A stretch of DNA of 30,728 nucleotides. It comes from an uncultured Phycisphaerae bacterium. GTDB taxonomy: Bacteria > Planctomycetota > Phycisphaerae > Sedimentisphaerales > Anaerohalosphaeraceae. Below are positions 19,490 to 27,867 of the stretch, in pieces. The notes under the pieces are model-generated. The model was given only the letters and a program-made list of their open reading frames with translations, was not told where the DNA came from and did no database searches. Both the position numbers and the translations under genes were made by a program. The stretch spans positions 1 to 30,728 of the forward strand of contig CALKKA010000191.1 in the NCBI GenBank assembly GCA_937995495.1, read 5' to 3'. Position 1 is the first letter of the stretch. The number at the start of each line of letters is the position of its first letter.

Positions 19490-20479
19490 ATGCTGGAGCA
19501 GTTCACACAGATTGGTAACGATGCCCGCACCGAATTAGCGAATATTACGGATGCTGAGTCTTTAGAAGCGTTTCGTATTCAGTATCTCGGGCGTAAAGGA
19601 TCTGTGACCGGGATGCTCAGCATGATCGGCAAACTGCCCAAAGAACAGAAGCGAGAAGGGGGTCAACTCGCAAACACAATCAAGAAGGAAATCACCCAGG
19701 CATTCGAAGCGTTAAAGGCCGAACTTGCGTCTTCGACAAAAAAATCCAAACCAATCGTTGATGTTACGCTGCCCGGTATTGGCACGGGACAGGGCAAATC
19801 GCATATTATTTCACAGGCGGTTTCTGAGCTACTGGAAATCTTTGGACGGATGGGATTTGACATCGCATATGGACCGGAAGTTGAGGACGAGTGGCATAAC
19901 TTCATCGCCTTGAATATACCGCCGGAACATCCTGCACGGGATCCAATTGACAATTTCTATGTCGATGAGTCAACACTGCTCCGAAGCCAGACATCGACAA
20001 TTCAGATTCGAGTGATGGAACACACAAAACCCCCGATCCGTGTGGTAGCGCCCGGGAGAGTCTATCGGCCTGATACAGTGGACGCGACGCACATGTTCAT
20101 GTTCCACCAACTTGAGGCGCTGGTCGTTGATGAAGGCATTACGATGGTGGACCTGAAAAGCAGTGTCAACCAGTTCATCCATACCTTTTTCGGAGCCGAT
20201 ACCCAATGGCGTTTTCGGCCGAGTTTTTTCCCGTTTACTGAGCCAAGTTGTGAAGTCGATATCCTTTGGGTGGATAAATCCGGAAATGAAAACTGGATGG
20301 AGATTGGGGGCTGCGGGATGGTCGACCCGAATGTTTTCGACGCGGTCGGCATTGACAGCGAAAAATATACCGGGTGGGCTTTTGGCTTTGGTATCGAGCG
20401 GTTGGCGATGAAAAAATATGGCATCACCGATATCAGAAATCTTTTCGAAAACGATATTCGCTTCCTGAAACAGTTTTAA
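19490..20479 (+). CDS. pheS: Phenylalanyl-tRNA synthetase alpha subunit
   Basis: YLGRKG, HPARD, LLRSQTS, PGRVYR.D..DATH, FHQLE, RFRPSFFPFTEPS, GCGMV, AFGFGIERLAM. Start ATG 19490 with AAGGA 9 nt upstream. Confidence 0.97.
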   Translation: MLEQFTQIGNDARTELANITDAESLEAFRIQYLGRKGSVTGMLSMIGKLPKEQKREGGQLANTIKKEITQAFEALKAELASSTKKSKPIVDVTLPGIGTGQGKSHIISQAVSELLEIFGRMGFDIAYGPEVEDEWHNFIALNIPPEHPARDPIDNFYVDESTLLRSQTSTIQIRVMEHTKPPIRVVAPGRVYRPDTVDATHMFMFHQLEALVVDEGITMVDLKSSVNQFIHTFFGADTQWRFRPSFFPFTEPSCEVDILWVDKSGNENWMEIGGCGMVDPNVFDAVGIDSEKYTGWAFGFGIERLAMKKYGITDIRNLFENDIRFLKQF

Positions 20480-20525
20480 ATGCGTTTATCCAATTGGTTC
20501 AGGGGGGCGGAGGTTATGAAAGACC

Positions 20526-21554
20526 TCACGAATAATTAACTAATACCCGTTTAGCGGTTTCCGAATTGATTAGATTATTAGCGAGCAGTTTCTCAATGGA
20601 TTCAGCCATTGTAGACATGCCGTGTTTTTTGCCCGTGTCGATAACTGTTCGCAGGTGATAGCCGCCTCTTCGGCGAAGAATATTTTTTGCCCCCGTCGTT
20701 GAGGTCATGATTTCACATGCTACACGCTGGCCTCCGGTGACCAGCGGCAGCAATTCCTGATGGATCACACCTTGCAGCGTCTCAGCCAGCAGAAAGCGGA
20801 TTGTGTTTTCACCCTCATCGGGTGCATAACTAAGGATGCGTTCGATCATCTTATCGATCGAAATGACATGCAACGTTGAAAGTACCATAATACCGGTCTC
20901 GGCCGCAGTCAATGCGATTTTAATGGTTTCGTAATCTCGCATCTCACCAATAGCAATAACATCCGGGTCCTGGCGGAGAGCCGCACGCAAGCCCGTGGCA
21001 AATGTTTTAGTGTCTCGTCCGACTTCACGTTGACGGACGATCCCTTTTTTGTTTGTATGGACATACTCGATGGGGTCTTCAATGGTAACAATATGCTTTT
21101 TCTGCGTGGTATTGATGTGATCGATCATTGCTGACATCGTGGTTGTTTTACCCTGGCTGGTGCTACCAGTGATGAGAACCAGTCCTTTATCCTTTAGGGC
21201 TAGCGTTTTTACTATCTCTGGAAGAAATAATTCATCCGGTGTTTTTGGCTCTCCGGAAAGAACACGAACAGTCGCTCCCACAGCCCCATTAAAATAGCCT
21301 ACATTTATACGGAATCGTGAGCCGTTATAGGCCAGCATCAAATCAAAATCGAGATTACTTTCGAAGGCATCAATTTGTTCGGGCGTCAGCATCTCGTAAC
21401 ACAGTTCTCGACTTTTTTCATGGGAAAGCGAGTCTTCTGTTACCGGTTTGAGTTTGCCCCCGATACGAAACTGTACCGGCGCTCCTGCACAGATATGAAT
21501 GTCCGTGGCATGCTGCTCAACGGCGAAATCAAATAATTGATTGCGGTTCTGCAA
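20526..21554 (-). CDS. pilT: PilT/PilU-family type IV pilus ATPase (divergent)
   Basis: ATDIHI, RFRIN, Walker A GSTSQGKT, Asp box TIEDPIE, QREVGRDT, ALRQDPD..IGEMRD, TAAETG..STLH. TTG start with AGGAG SD. Confidence 0.85.
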   Translation of the reverse strand: MQNRNQLFDFAVEQHATDIHICAGAPVQFRIGGKLKPVTEDSLSHEKSRELCYEMLTPEQIDAFESNLDFDLMLAYNGSRFRINVGYFNGAVGATVRVLSGEPKTPDELFLPEIVKTLALKDKGLVLITGSTSQGKTTTMSAMIDHINTTQKKHIVTIEDPIEYVHTNKKGIVRQREVGRDTKTFATGLRAALRQDPDVIAIGEMRDYETIKIALTAAETGIMVLSTLHVISIDKMIERILSYAPDEGENTIRFLLAETLQGVIHQELLPLVTGGQRVACEIMTSTTGAKNILRRRGGYHLRTVIDTGKKHGMSTMAESIEKLLANNLINSETAKRVLVNYS

Positions 21555-21639
21555 CGTTATCTCCTGAACATTTAGCCTCCGCTATACTCGACACGCAAAA
21601 GTGTGTGGCCCCAGCTGGATATCGATTAATAATGTGCAG

Positions 21640-22563
21640 TCAGTCTGGATCTTTGAACGAGACTATCCACTCCGGCCAGTCGGGCAGCGGTGCGGAGGTG
21701 TTGTAAGTTTTATGCCATTTCAGCCGCCATAGTTCTTTCGGGCTGATGGATTTGACCGTCCCGTCCATCACCAGGACATTCAGCTTTTCTTTATGACGGT
21801 TCACGGTGAACCGCTGCATGTGGTTCATGTGTCTGTCTGGCCAGTCGTAGGCAACTGATTCGGGTTCTGGCTCATTGACAAAACCGGGCATCTCCATCAT
21901 CGGAGGCATCGGACCGTTTGGCTCGCTCATTGGCGGCGGAATCATGCCCGGCATACCGGGTATTTGACCCATGGGAGCATCATAGCCGGATCGATTTTCC
22001 TGACCGAATTGGCCTTGTTCTTCTGGTGGCAGGTCAGTGGATTCGGGCCGCCCGGTGTACCAGAGTGCATCGGCCATGAGCGGGATTTTTGAACCGCCGT
22101 AATGGTCCATGGTTCGCCAACTGTTGGATGTGTCGTGGCCTTCAGTTTCCAGAACCTCTTTGGGCGTGTCGCCCAGCCAACCATTGAGGCCGTAGCTGCC
22201 GGAGAAGATATCTTCGATTTTACCGCCCCATCCCGAACGAACTGAGGGACAGGCTTTAAGTTTTGGCACTTGATAGTAAGATTTCAAGGCATAGGGCCAT
22301 AAATCTGAATTTCTGCTTGAGTGTGTTACGTCGTTGGGGTCGGTGTAGTCATAATAACCTGCAAAGAAATGGCTGTCATGATCTTCGGTATAAAGTGTCA
22401 GGATTAGACCCCACTGGGACAGATTGGCCATGCAGACTACTTGCTGTGCCCGTTTTTTAATCGCAGACAGTGCGGGCATGAGAATGGACAGCAACATCGC
22501 AATGATAGAGATCACGACAAGCAACTCGATCAATGTGAATCCGTTTTTGTTTTGAGTTTTCAT
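21640..22563 (-). CDS. Large type IV prepilin-like protein with C-terminal H-X9-DG motif (planctomycete DUF1559/SBP-like pilin class)
   Basis: MKTQNKNG|FTLIELLVVISIIAMLLSILMPAL class III signal; RH-KEKLNVLVM-DG; C-terminal LKELW-like ..LWRLKWH..WPEW; SD GGAG. Confidence 0.88.
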   Translation of the reverse strand: MKTQNKNGFTLIELLVVISIIAMLLSILMPALSAIKKRAQQVVCMANLSQWGLILTLYTEDHDSHFFAGYYDYTDPNDVTHSSRNSDLWPYALKSYYQVPKLKACPSVRSGWGGKIEDIFSGSYGLNGWLGDTPKEVLETEGHDTSNSWRTMDHYGGSKIPLMADALWYTGRPESTDLPPEEQGQFGQENRSGYDAPMGQIPGMPGMIPPPMSEPNGPMPPMMEMPGFVNEPEPESVAYDWPDRHMNHMQRFTVNRHKEKLNVLVMDGTVKSISPKELWRLKWHKTYNTSAPLPDWPEWIVSFKDPD

Positions 22564-22585
22564 TATTTATTCACTCCTTATTTTT

Positions 22586-22963
22586 TCAGTGTTTCAGTAC
22601 AAATTTCTGTGGATGTCTATATGAAAAGCGCCTGTCCTCTGCATGGCCGGTCACGGTGAATGTCGATCGATCACCTGCCTGTGAAATCAGCTCGATGGTA
22701 CAGGTAATGGTCTTATTTTCCTGATTAATCTCTAAGAGACGGGGTTGATCGCTGCTGATTGTGGCCTTTGGGTTCTTTTCGAGCCATGTGATCCCGCTTT
22801 CACAGGCAAACCGGGCGTGTGTTTTCAGGGCGGCCCGTCGTGTATTCGTCAGTATCTGCCGGCTGTTGGATGTCAAAACCACGCTTGCCATCCCCAGCAG
22901 CGGAATCAGTGCAATGACCAGCAGCAGGATGAATCCTTTTTGTCGGTTGGTTCGTTTCATCAC
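22586..22963 (-). CDS. Minor pilin, GspK/PilX-like (no Glu+5)
   Basis: Basic leader KRTNRQKG|FILLLVIALIPLLGMASVVL lacking E5, the pattern of GspK/PilX/ComGG-type subunits; translationally coupled to its neighbours. Confidence 0.6.
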   Translation of the reverse strand: MMKRTNRQKGFILLLVIALIPLLGMASVVLTSNSRQILTNTRRAALKTHARFACESGITWLEKNPKATISSDQPRLLEINQENKTITCTIELISQAGDRSTFTVTGHAEDRRFSYRHPQKFVLKH

Positions 22964-23442
22964 GGTTGAGCCTTTTTGAAAAATACGACGGTCTGCTTAA
23001 AACTAATTTGTTCTCTATCGGGGTCTTGTTGCTGATTCCATGTGGTCAGTTCGACGGCGTAAGGTCGGTCGCTTTGACTCCAGAGTCTGGTCTCTGTTTT
23101 GAGATGCGGAAGCTGCCAGATGTATTCCGCGCCCGCGTCATTCATGGCAGGGCGGCGGGCGATGTGTCCGTCGCTCAGCGTATAACGCACCATTCCGCCC
23201 GGTTGCTCCAGTGTCAGCACGCCGCCGGCAAGACCGGCAATGCGGTTGGAGCGCTCGATATCGTTTCTGAGTTGATCAAGGGCTTTCATAGAGCGGTTCA
23301 GTGTCTGGCAGACGCGGGCTGAATGCGGGATTTCCGAAACCAGCGTTCGCATCGGGCGAACGGACAACCCCATCAGGACTATGATCATGACGATGATCAC
23401 AAGCATTTCGGTCAGGGCGTAGGCGCGGCGTTTTATCTTCAT
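22960..23442 (-). CDS. Minor pilin, GspJ/PilW-like
   Basis: MKIKRRA|YALTEMLVIIVMIIVLMGLSV class III signal with E5; later LDQLRNDIERS helix typical of J/W-type subunits. Confidence 0.65.
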   Translation of the reverse strand: MKIKRRAYALTEMLVIIVMIIVLMGLSVRPMRTLVSEIPHSARVCQTLNRSMKALDQLRNDIERSNRIAGLAGGVLTLEQPGGMVRYTLSDGHIARRPAMNDAGAEYIWQLPHLKTETRLWSQSDRPYAVELTTWNQQQDPDREQISFKQTVVFFKKAQP

Positions 23443-23825
23443 TGGCCGTCTCCTTCTGCCGCCGGAAGATAGCGTGTAAGGTAGATCTGGACATTATTAT
23501 GCTTCACCTTTTTTCTGAGTGTCAGGTCAATCCTCTGTAGTCCCTGCCATTGACCGATGCCGTCGCTGGTTTCGATGGTGCAACTCACACCCGGCCAGAG
23601 TTTCTTAAATGTTGTCTCCTCTATCGGTTTGCCCGTTGATGTGATGGCATCGATCTGGGCCTGTCCAGCATTGTGGCAGGTGTGCCTGGCCCAGAGATTT
23701 TTGTTCAGCTTTCCAAATGAAACGCTCAATGCGACAAGCACCCCGATAATGGTGGCAATCACGCTGATGGCGACTACCAGTTCAATGCTTAAAAGACCTT
23801 TTTGTTTTCTATGTTTTTTCATCAT
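23439..23825 (-). CDS. Minor pilin, GspI/PilV-like
   Basis: MMKKHRKQKG|LLSIELVVAISVIATIIGVLVAL class III signal with E5; 128 aa; start 1 nt after the upstream stop. Confidence 0.65.
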   Translation of the reverse strand: MMKKHRKQKGLLSIELVVAISVIATIIGVLVALSVSFGKLNKNLWARHTCHNAGQAQIDAITSTGKPIEETTFKKLWPGVSCTIETSDGIGQWQGLQRIDLTLRKKVKHNNVQIYLTRYLPAAEGDGQ

Positions 23826-23826
23826 A

Positions 23827-25311
23827 TTATTGCGGTATCGTATATTGCAAAGCAACGTGTATTATGCTGAAAACCCCCATAAACATGGCGAAAACGACAT
23901 ATCCGACACACAGGCCCAGACACAGAATTATGACCGGTTCAGCGGCAGCGGTAAAAACATTTTTGCGGTAGTTATATTGATAATGATAAAGCGTTTCAAG
24001 ACTTTCGAGAATTTGAGGTGTATTACCTTTGTTAATCTTTTCGTCCATGGCCCAGCAAAGCGCTTTATCAAGACCGCAGATCTTTGCGGATTGAGCGATA
24101 TTGTCGCCGGCTTCAATTTTATTCAGCCATTTCTCCAGTCGTTTCTGATAGCATCGGTTGACATCCAGTCCCAAGGCATGCCTTACGATTATATTAACCG
24201 GATATCCCGCCGTAATCCCTGCACGCAAAGTTTGTGCAAGATATATGTTAGCAAATGTCTTCTCAAACCAATGCAACAAGGGTATATTCCACTTAATCCG
24301 ATCCCCGAGGCGGGATAGCAAACGGGGGCTCTCCGGGTTTCGCTTACAAGACAGAAGATATGCTTTAGATACCAAAAGTATAAAAACGGGCATCATGAAT
24401 AACAATGCGTTAAGGCCATTTCTTCCCAACATCCAGGAGGAGAAGTTCAGTAATGATTGAGTTGCAAAGGGAAGACCGGCTCGTCCGTCACTTATATCAG
24501 AAAGCACTTCTGAAAAAGTGGGAACAATGAAAATCATCAGGCCCATCATAATAAAGAAAGCGACAGTCAAAACGGTTGTCGGGTATATTAAAGCGTCGGA
24601 TTTTTCGATGTTTTTCGAGCCAATCTTTTCAGCGGCTTCTTTCTGGAGCGATTCGATTGCCCTGGGCAATTGGTCCATCTTTTCTGCGGTCGAAATAGAG
24701 GCCAGGATTTCGGAAGGGCATTTCGGGTATCCGCGTCGCAGAGCCTCCGACAGCGGCCAGCCCTGTGTGAGCCAGTGAGCGATATTATTAAAAACAGCGG
24801 CCTCTTTTTTCTTTTTGCCGTGTGCGGCGGTCGTCAGGGCCATCGGCAGGGGCAGTGATTGTCGAATGCACATTGCAATCGTCGAGATGATATCAACCGC
24901 CAAACCATATTTTCGAGCCTGGGCCCACTGGTAGCTTCCCATTAAGAATATGCCAAACAGGACAGGGCTAAAGAGTTGGAAAACGGCTATGAAGACAGCT
25001 AATATAATCAGATACTTAACAATTGTTAGAACAAAGCCGGTCACGGCTCTGTACCAAGGTGTTTCCAAACGGCTCGATGACGGTCCCCAGTGAATGATGC
25101 TGAATGCTGTCGGTACCAAAATGATGGAAAGAGCATACATTATAATTGCTTCATCGGGGATTCTTCCGCTTCCATCAAAACTGATAAGACCGGAAAAAAT
25201 AATCCATGCTGTAGTTGGTATTAATAAGATTAAGCCAATACCCGGTTTTTTCCATGCAAGGATGATGAAGCCCAAAAAGATAATAATATTTATTAAATAG
25301 AGTGTCCACAT
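23827..25311 (-). CDS. GspF/PilC-family platform protein with an extra N-terminal multi-TM domain
   Basis: About 135 aa hydrophobic N-terminus, then two GspF repeats (SLPLPMAL..GWPLSEAL..LPRAIESL; LIYP..FIVPTF..LP; EPVIILCLG..VFAMFMGVF). Confidence 0.75.
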   Translation of the reverse strand: MWTLYLINIIIFLGFIILAWKKPGIGLILLIPTTAWIIFSGLISFDGSGRIPDEAIIMYALSIILVPTAFSIIHWGPSSSRLETPWYRAVTGFVLTIVKYLIILAVFIAVFQLFSPVLFGIFLMGSYQWAQARKYGLAVDIISTIAMCIRQSLPLPMALTTAAHGKKKKEAAVFNNIAHWLTQGWPLSEALRRGYPKCPSEILASISTAEKMDQLPRAIESLQKEAAEKIGSKNIEKSDALIYPTTVLTVAFFIMMGLMIFIVPTFSEVLSDISDGRAGLPFATQSLLNFSSWMLGRNGLNALLFMMPVFILLVSKAYLLSCKRNPESPRLLSRLGDRIKWNIPLLHWFEKTFANIYLAQTLRAGITAGYPVNIIVRHALGLDVNRCYQKRLEKWLNKIEAGDNIAQSAKICGLDKALCWAMDEKINKGNTPQILESLETLYHYQYNYRKNVFTAAAEPVIILCLGLCVGYVVFAMFMGVFSIIHVALQYTIPQ

Positions 25312-25312
25312 C

Positions 25313-26512
25313 CTACATCAGCACCTGTATCATTTTGACCATGGGCAGGAACATTGCCAGAACGATGGTTCCCACGGTTCCGCCAAGAAATATGATTAAG
25401 AGTGGTTCCAGCAGACCCTGCATTTGCGATTGCAGCGAAAAGGTTTTGGCGGCGTACATTCGCCCCAGGCTGTTAAGGTTTTCTTTCAGTTCGTTCCTTT
25501 GGGCCCCCAGCTGTACCGAATACAAAAACAGCCGGGGAATCGTTTTGCAGCCCATCCCCGCTTCGAGGAAGTTGGAACCTTCATTAAGTTGGGCGGCCAG
25601 TATCCCGCAGTCCTGTTTGAGCAGTTCACTGCTGGAGGACTGGCCGGACAGTTCGACAGCATCGTTGAGTGTGCATCCGGCGTTGATCAAAACGGACATG
25701 CACTCGGAAAAACGGGCCAGTAAACCGTTCCTGAATACTCGGCCGATCAGTGGCAGTGATCGGAAAAAGTGTTCTTTGGTGCGCCGGCCTGCGGTGTTAA
25801 ACGACAGCGATTTCCAACAGAATACGGTCACCCCAACAACAATGCCAAGTCCCAGCCAGAAGTCCCACACATGCGCAGATACATCCAGGACAAATTCTGT
25901 TAAAAAAGGTAATCCAGCTTTACCGCCAGACATATCATAAAGAACCTCACCAAAGGTTGGCACAACAAATAAAAGTAAACCTGAGACGATCAAAGCTGCC
26001 GCCACCAGCACAACCGCTGGGTAAGTTAACGACTCGATGATAATCCGTTTCGTCCGCAGCTCAACCTGTAAATTCCGGTTAAGATTGGTCAGCATCTCGC
26101 TCAGTCGCCCGGTTTCCACACCGGATTTAAGGATAAGTCCATACAGTGGCGGAAAATCCTTTTGCCGTTTCTGTATGGCCTGATCAATGGGCAGTCCCTG
26201 TTCCAGATCATTGGCCACACCGTTAATCAGCGACCGCATCTTTGCCGACCCGGCGTCCTGTGCCAGCTCTCGCAGTCCCTGTTCCAGCGGAATTCCCGCT
26301 TTGGTCAGCGAAGCAAGCTGTTCATTGAACAGGACGAACTCATTGTGTCCGATGCTTTTGGGAGCCATCGATTCTTTGGTCTTTTCCAGTTCTGTGACCT
26401 GCAAGCCCATCTCGCTAAGGGATGACTTGGCCTGCTCGATGTCACCGGCTTCAATCGTGCCGGTCATCAAACGTCCGGCAGTAGTAACGGATCGATATTC
26501 AAATAATGCCAT
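25313..26512 (-). CDS. GspF/PilC-family platform protein
   Basis: MALFEYRSVTTAG..GTIEA; QLASLTKAGIPL..L; GVETGRLSEML; LTYP..FVVPTF; LLEPLLIIFLGGTVGTIVLAMFLPM. Canonical PilC/GspF. Confidence 0.9.
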   Translation of the reverse strand: MALFEYRSVTTAGRLMTGTIEAGDIEQAKSSLSEMGLQVTELEKTKESMAPKSIGHNEFVLFNEQLASLTKAGIPLEQGLRELAQDAGSAKMRSLINGVANDLEQGLPIDQAIQKRQKDFPPLYGLILKSGVETGRLSEMLTNLNRNLQVELRTKRIIIESLTYPAVVLVAAALIVSGLLLFVVPTFGEVLYDMSGGKAGLPFLTEFVLDVSAHVWDFWLGLGIVVGVTVFCWKSLSFNTAGRRTKEHFFRSLPLIGRVFRNGLLARFSECMSVLINAGCTLNDAVELSGQSSSSELLKQDCGILAAQLNEGSNFLEAGMGCKTIPRLFLYSVQLGAQRNELKENLNSLGRMYAAKTFSLQSQMQGLLEPLLIIFLGGTVGTIVLAMFLPMVKMIQVLM

Positions 26513-26539
26513 CGTTTCATTCCTTAATGATAAATCACC

Positions 26540-27688
26540 TCATGTCCCACAAACTCGTTTGATCTCGGTGCTCGTTGTGATGCCCTGATTGATTAACCTT
26601 CTGCCGTCCTGTATCAGTTTCATGTGCCCACGGGATTCAAAGGTTGCTTCCAAACCTTCCATATCGCTTTGCTTAAGGATCGTCTTGCGAACTTGCCCGT
26701 CCAACTCGACCATTTCGGCCAGCAGGACCCGGCCGTGGTATCCGGTATTGTGACATTGTTTACAGCCGCGGGGTTCGTAGCTGCCGTCCGGTTTTTTTTC
26801 TTTGCATTGATCGCAAAGTTTCCGCACGAGCCGCTGGTTGAGGATCGCCGAAACACCAGAGGTCACCTGATACGGTTCGATATTCATTTCCAGCAGGCGA
26901 AGCAGGGCACCGCTGCAATTTCCGCTGTGCATCGTACTCATCAGCAGGTGGCCGGTCAGTCCGGCCTCGATGGCGATCTTTGCGGTTTCAGCGTCACGGA
27001 TTTCCCCGATCATCAGCACTTCGGGGTCTTGGCGCAGCAGTGAACGCAGGGCAGTAGGAAATGTCATTTCTCTATGTGGTTCAATCTGAACCTGTGTTAC
27101 CCCCGCAATGGCTCTCTCGACCGGGTCTTCCAGTGCGACAATGCTTTTGCCGGAAAATTGCTGGAGGATGTATCTCAGCAGGGCCGCCAGTGTGGTGCTT
27201 TTGCCGCTTCCGGCGGGGCCGGTCAACAGCAGAATGCCCTGATTTCGGCAGGCAAATTGCATCAGCGCCGATTCAATCGTCGGATTAAAGCCCAGTTTAT
27301 CCAGCTCGGTCAGCGTATCATTTTCATAGAATATCCGAACCACCGCCCGCTGACCGTGAATGGTTGGGAAAACCGCCAACCGCTTGTCGATGACTTTGCC
27401 GGAGTCGGATATGACCAATTGGTCCTGCGTGCCTTCGATACGGCCTTCCTGTGGGATGTCATTGCGATAAGTCAGCAGATTGCCCAATACTTTCAGGCGG
27501 GAGATGACATTATCACGAATGGCGGCGGGTAGCGTCTCGAACGTCTTTAAGGTACCATCCATGCGGTATTTAACCTGCAATTCGGTGCTGGTCGGTTCAA
27601 AGTGGATGTCACTGGCTCCGAATTGGACGGCCTCTTCAAGAATGCTGTCCACCAGTTGGGCTATATTGGGTTGCCCAGAGTGTTTCAT
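26540..27688 (-). CDS. GspE/PilB-family extension ATPase, short form lacking the N1 domain
   Basis: GASDIHFEP, RMDGTL, PQEGR, GPAGSGKSTT, LEDPVE, LLRQDPEVLMIGEIRD, TGHLLMSTMH, QRLVRKLC, CxxC..CxxC Zn motif, GYHGR; only 382 aa. Confidence 0.9.
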   Translation of the reverse strand: MKHSGQPNIAQLVDSILEEAVQFGASDIHFEPTSTELQVKYRMDGTLKTFETLPAAIRDNVISRLKVLGNLLTYRNDIPQEGRIEGTQDQLVISDSGKVIDKRLAVFPTIHGQRAVVRIFYENDTLTELDKLGFNPTIESALMQFACRNQGILLLTGPAGSGKSTTLAALLRYILQQFSGKSIVALEDPVERAIAGVTQVQIEPHREMTFPTALRSLLRQDPEVLMIGEIRDAETAKIAIEAGLTGHLLMSTMHSGNCSGALLRLLEMNIEPYQVTSGVSAILNQRLVRKLCDQCKEKKPDGSYEPRGCKQCHNTGYHGRVLLAEMVELDGQVRKTILKQSDMEGLEATFESRGHMKLIQDGRRLINQGITTSTEIKRVCGT

Positions 27689-27737
27689 AAGTTATTTTCA
27701 ATAATGGAAATAAACCAGTTAGATTCGATTCGTTTCT

Positions 27738-27771
27738 ATATTTAAGACGTTCTCGATGGAAAAATGTTACC
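27738..27771 (-). promoter_or_regulatory. ECF-type promoter driving the gspE-pilT operon
   Basis: Minus strand GGTAAC (27771-66), N16, CGTCTTAAATAT (27749-38), preceded by a T-tract; AAC-N16-CGT is the general ECF promoter pattern. Confidence 0.75.
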
Positions 27772-27804
27772 TGAAAATAAAAAAAACTTTTTTTGAGGTA
27801 TTTT

Positions 27805-27838
27805 GGTAATATAATGGTTACTAAAGCGTCTTAAATAT
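27805..27838 (+). promoter_or_regulatory. ECF-type (auto)promoter driving ECF #2 and its anti-sigma
   Basis: GGTAAT (27805-10), N16, CGTCTTAAATAT (27827-38); mirror copy of the minus-strand promoter. Confidence 0.75.
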
Positions 27839-27867
27839 CAGAAGCTTCGATGATACTTAGGATAACC

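Noticed and set aside
21591-21606. ACACGC-AAAA-GTGTGT hairpin between pilin and pilT as a terminator
   Set aside because: It pairs well only on the non-coding strand and has no U-tail.
23557-24318. 253-aa plus-strand ORF (also 25302-25940, 212 aa, and many 60-150 aa ORFs inside gltB, glnA, thrS etc.)
   Set aside because: Antisense or alternate-frame shadows of well-supported genes; no motifs or SD.
27750-27826. Invertible (phase-variable) DNA segment between the 12-bp inverted repeats
   Set aside because: No recombinase in the window, the segment is very short, and the matching -35 boxes at identical 16-nt spacing explain the repeats better as two promoters. Not fully excluded without reads.
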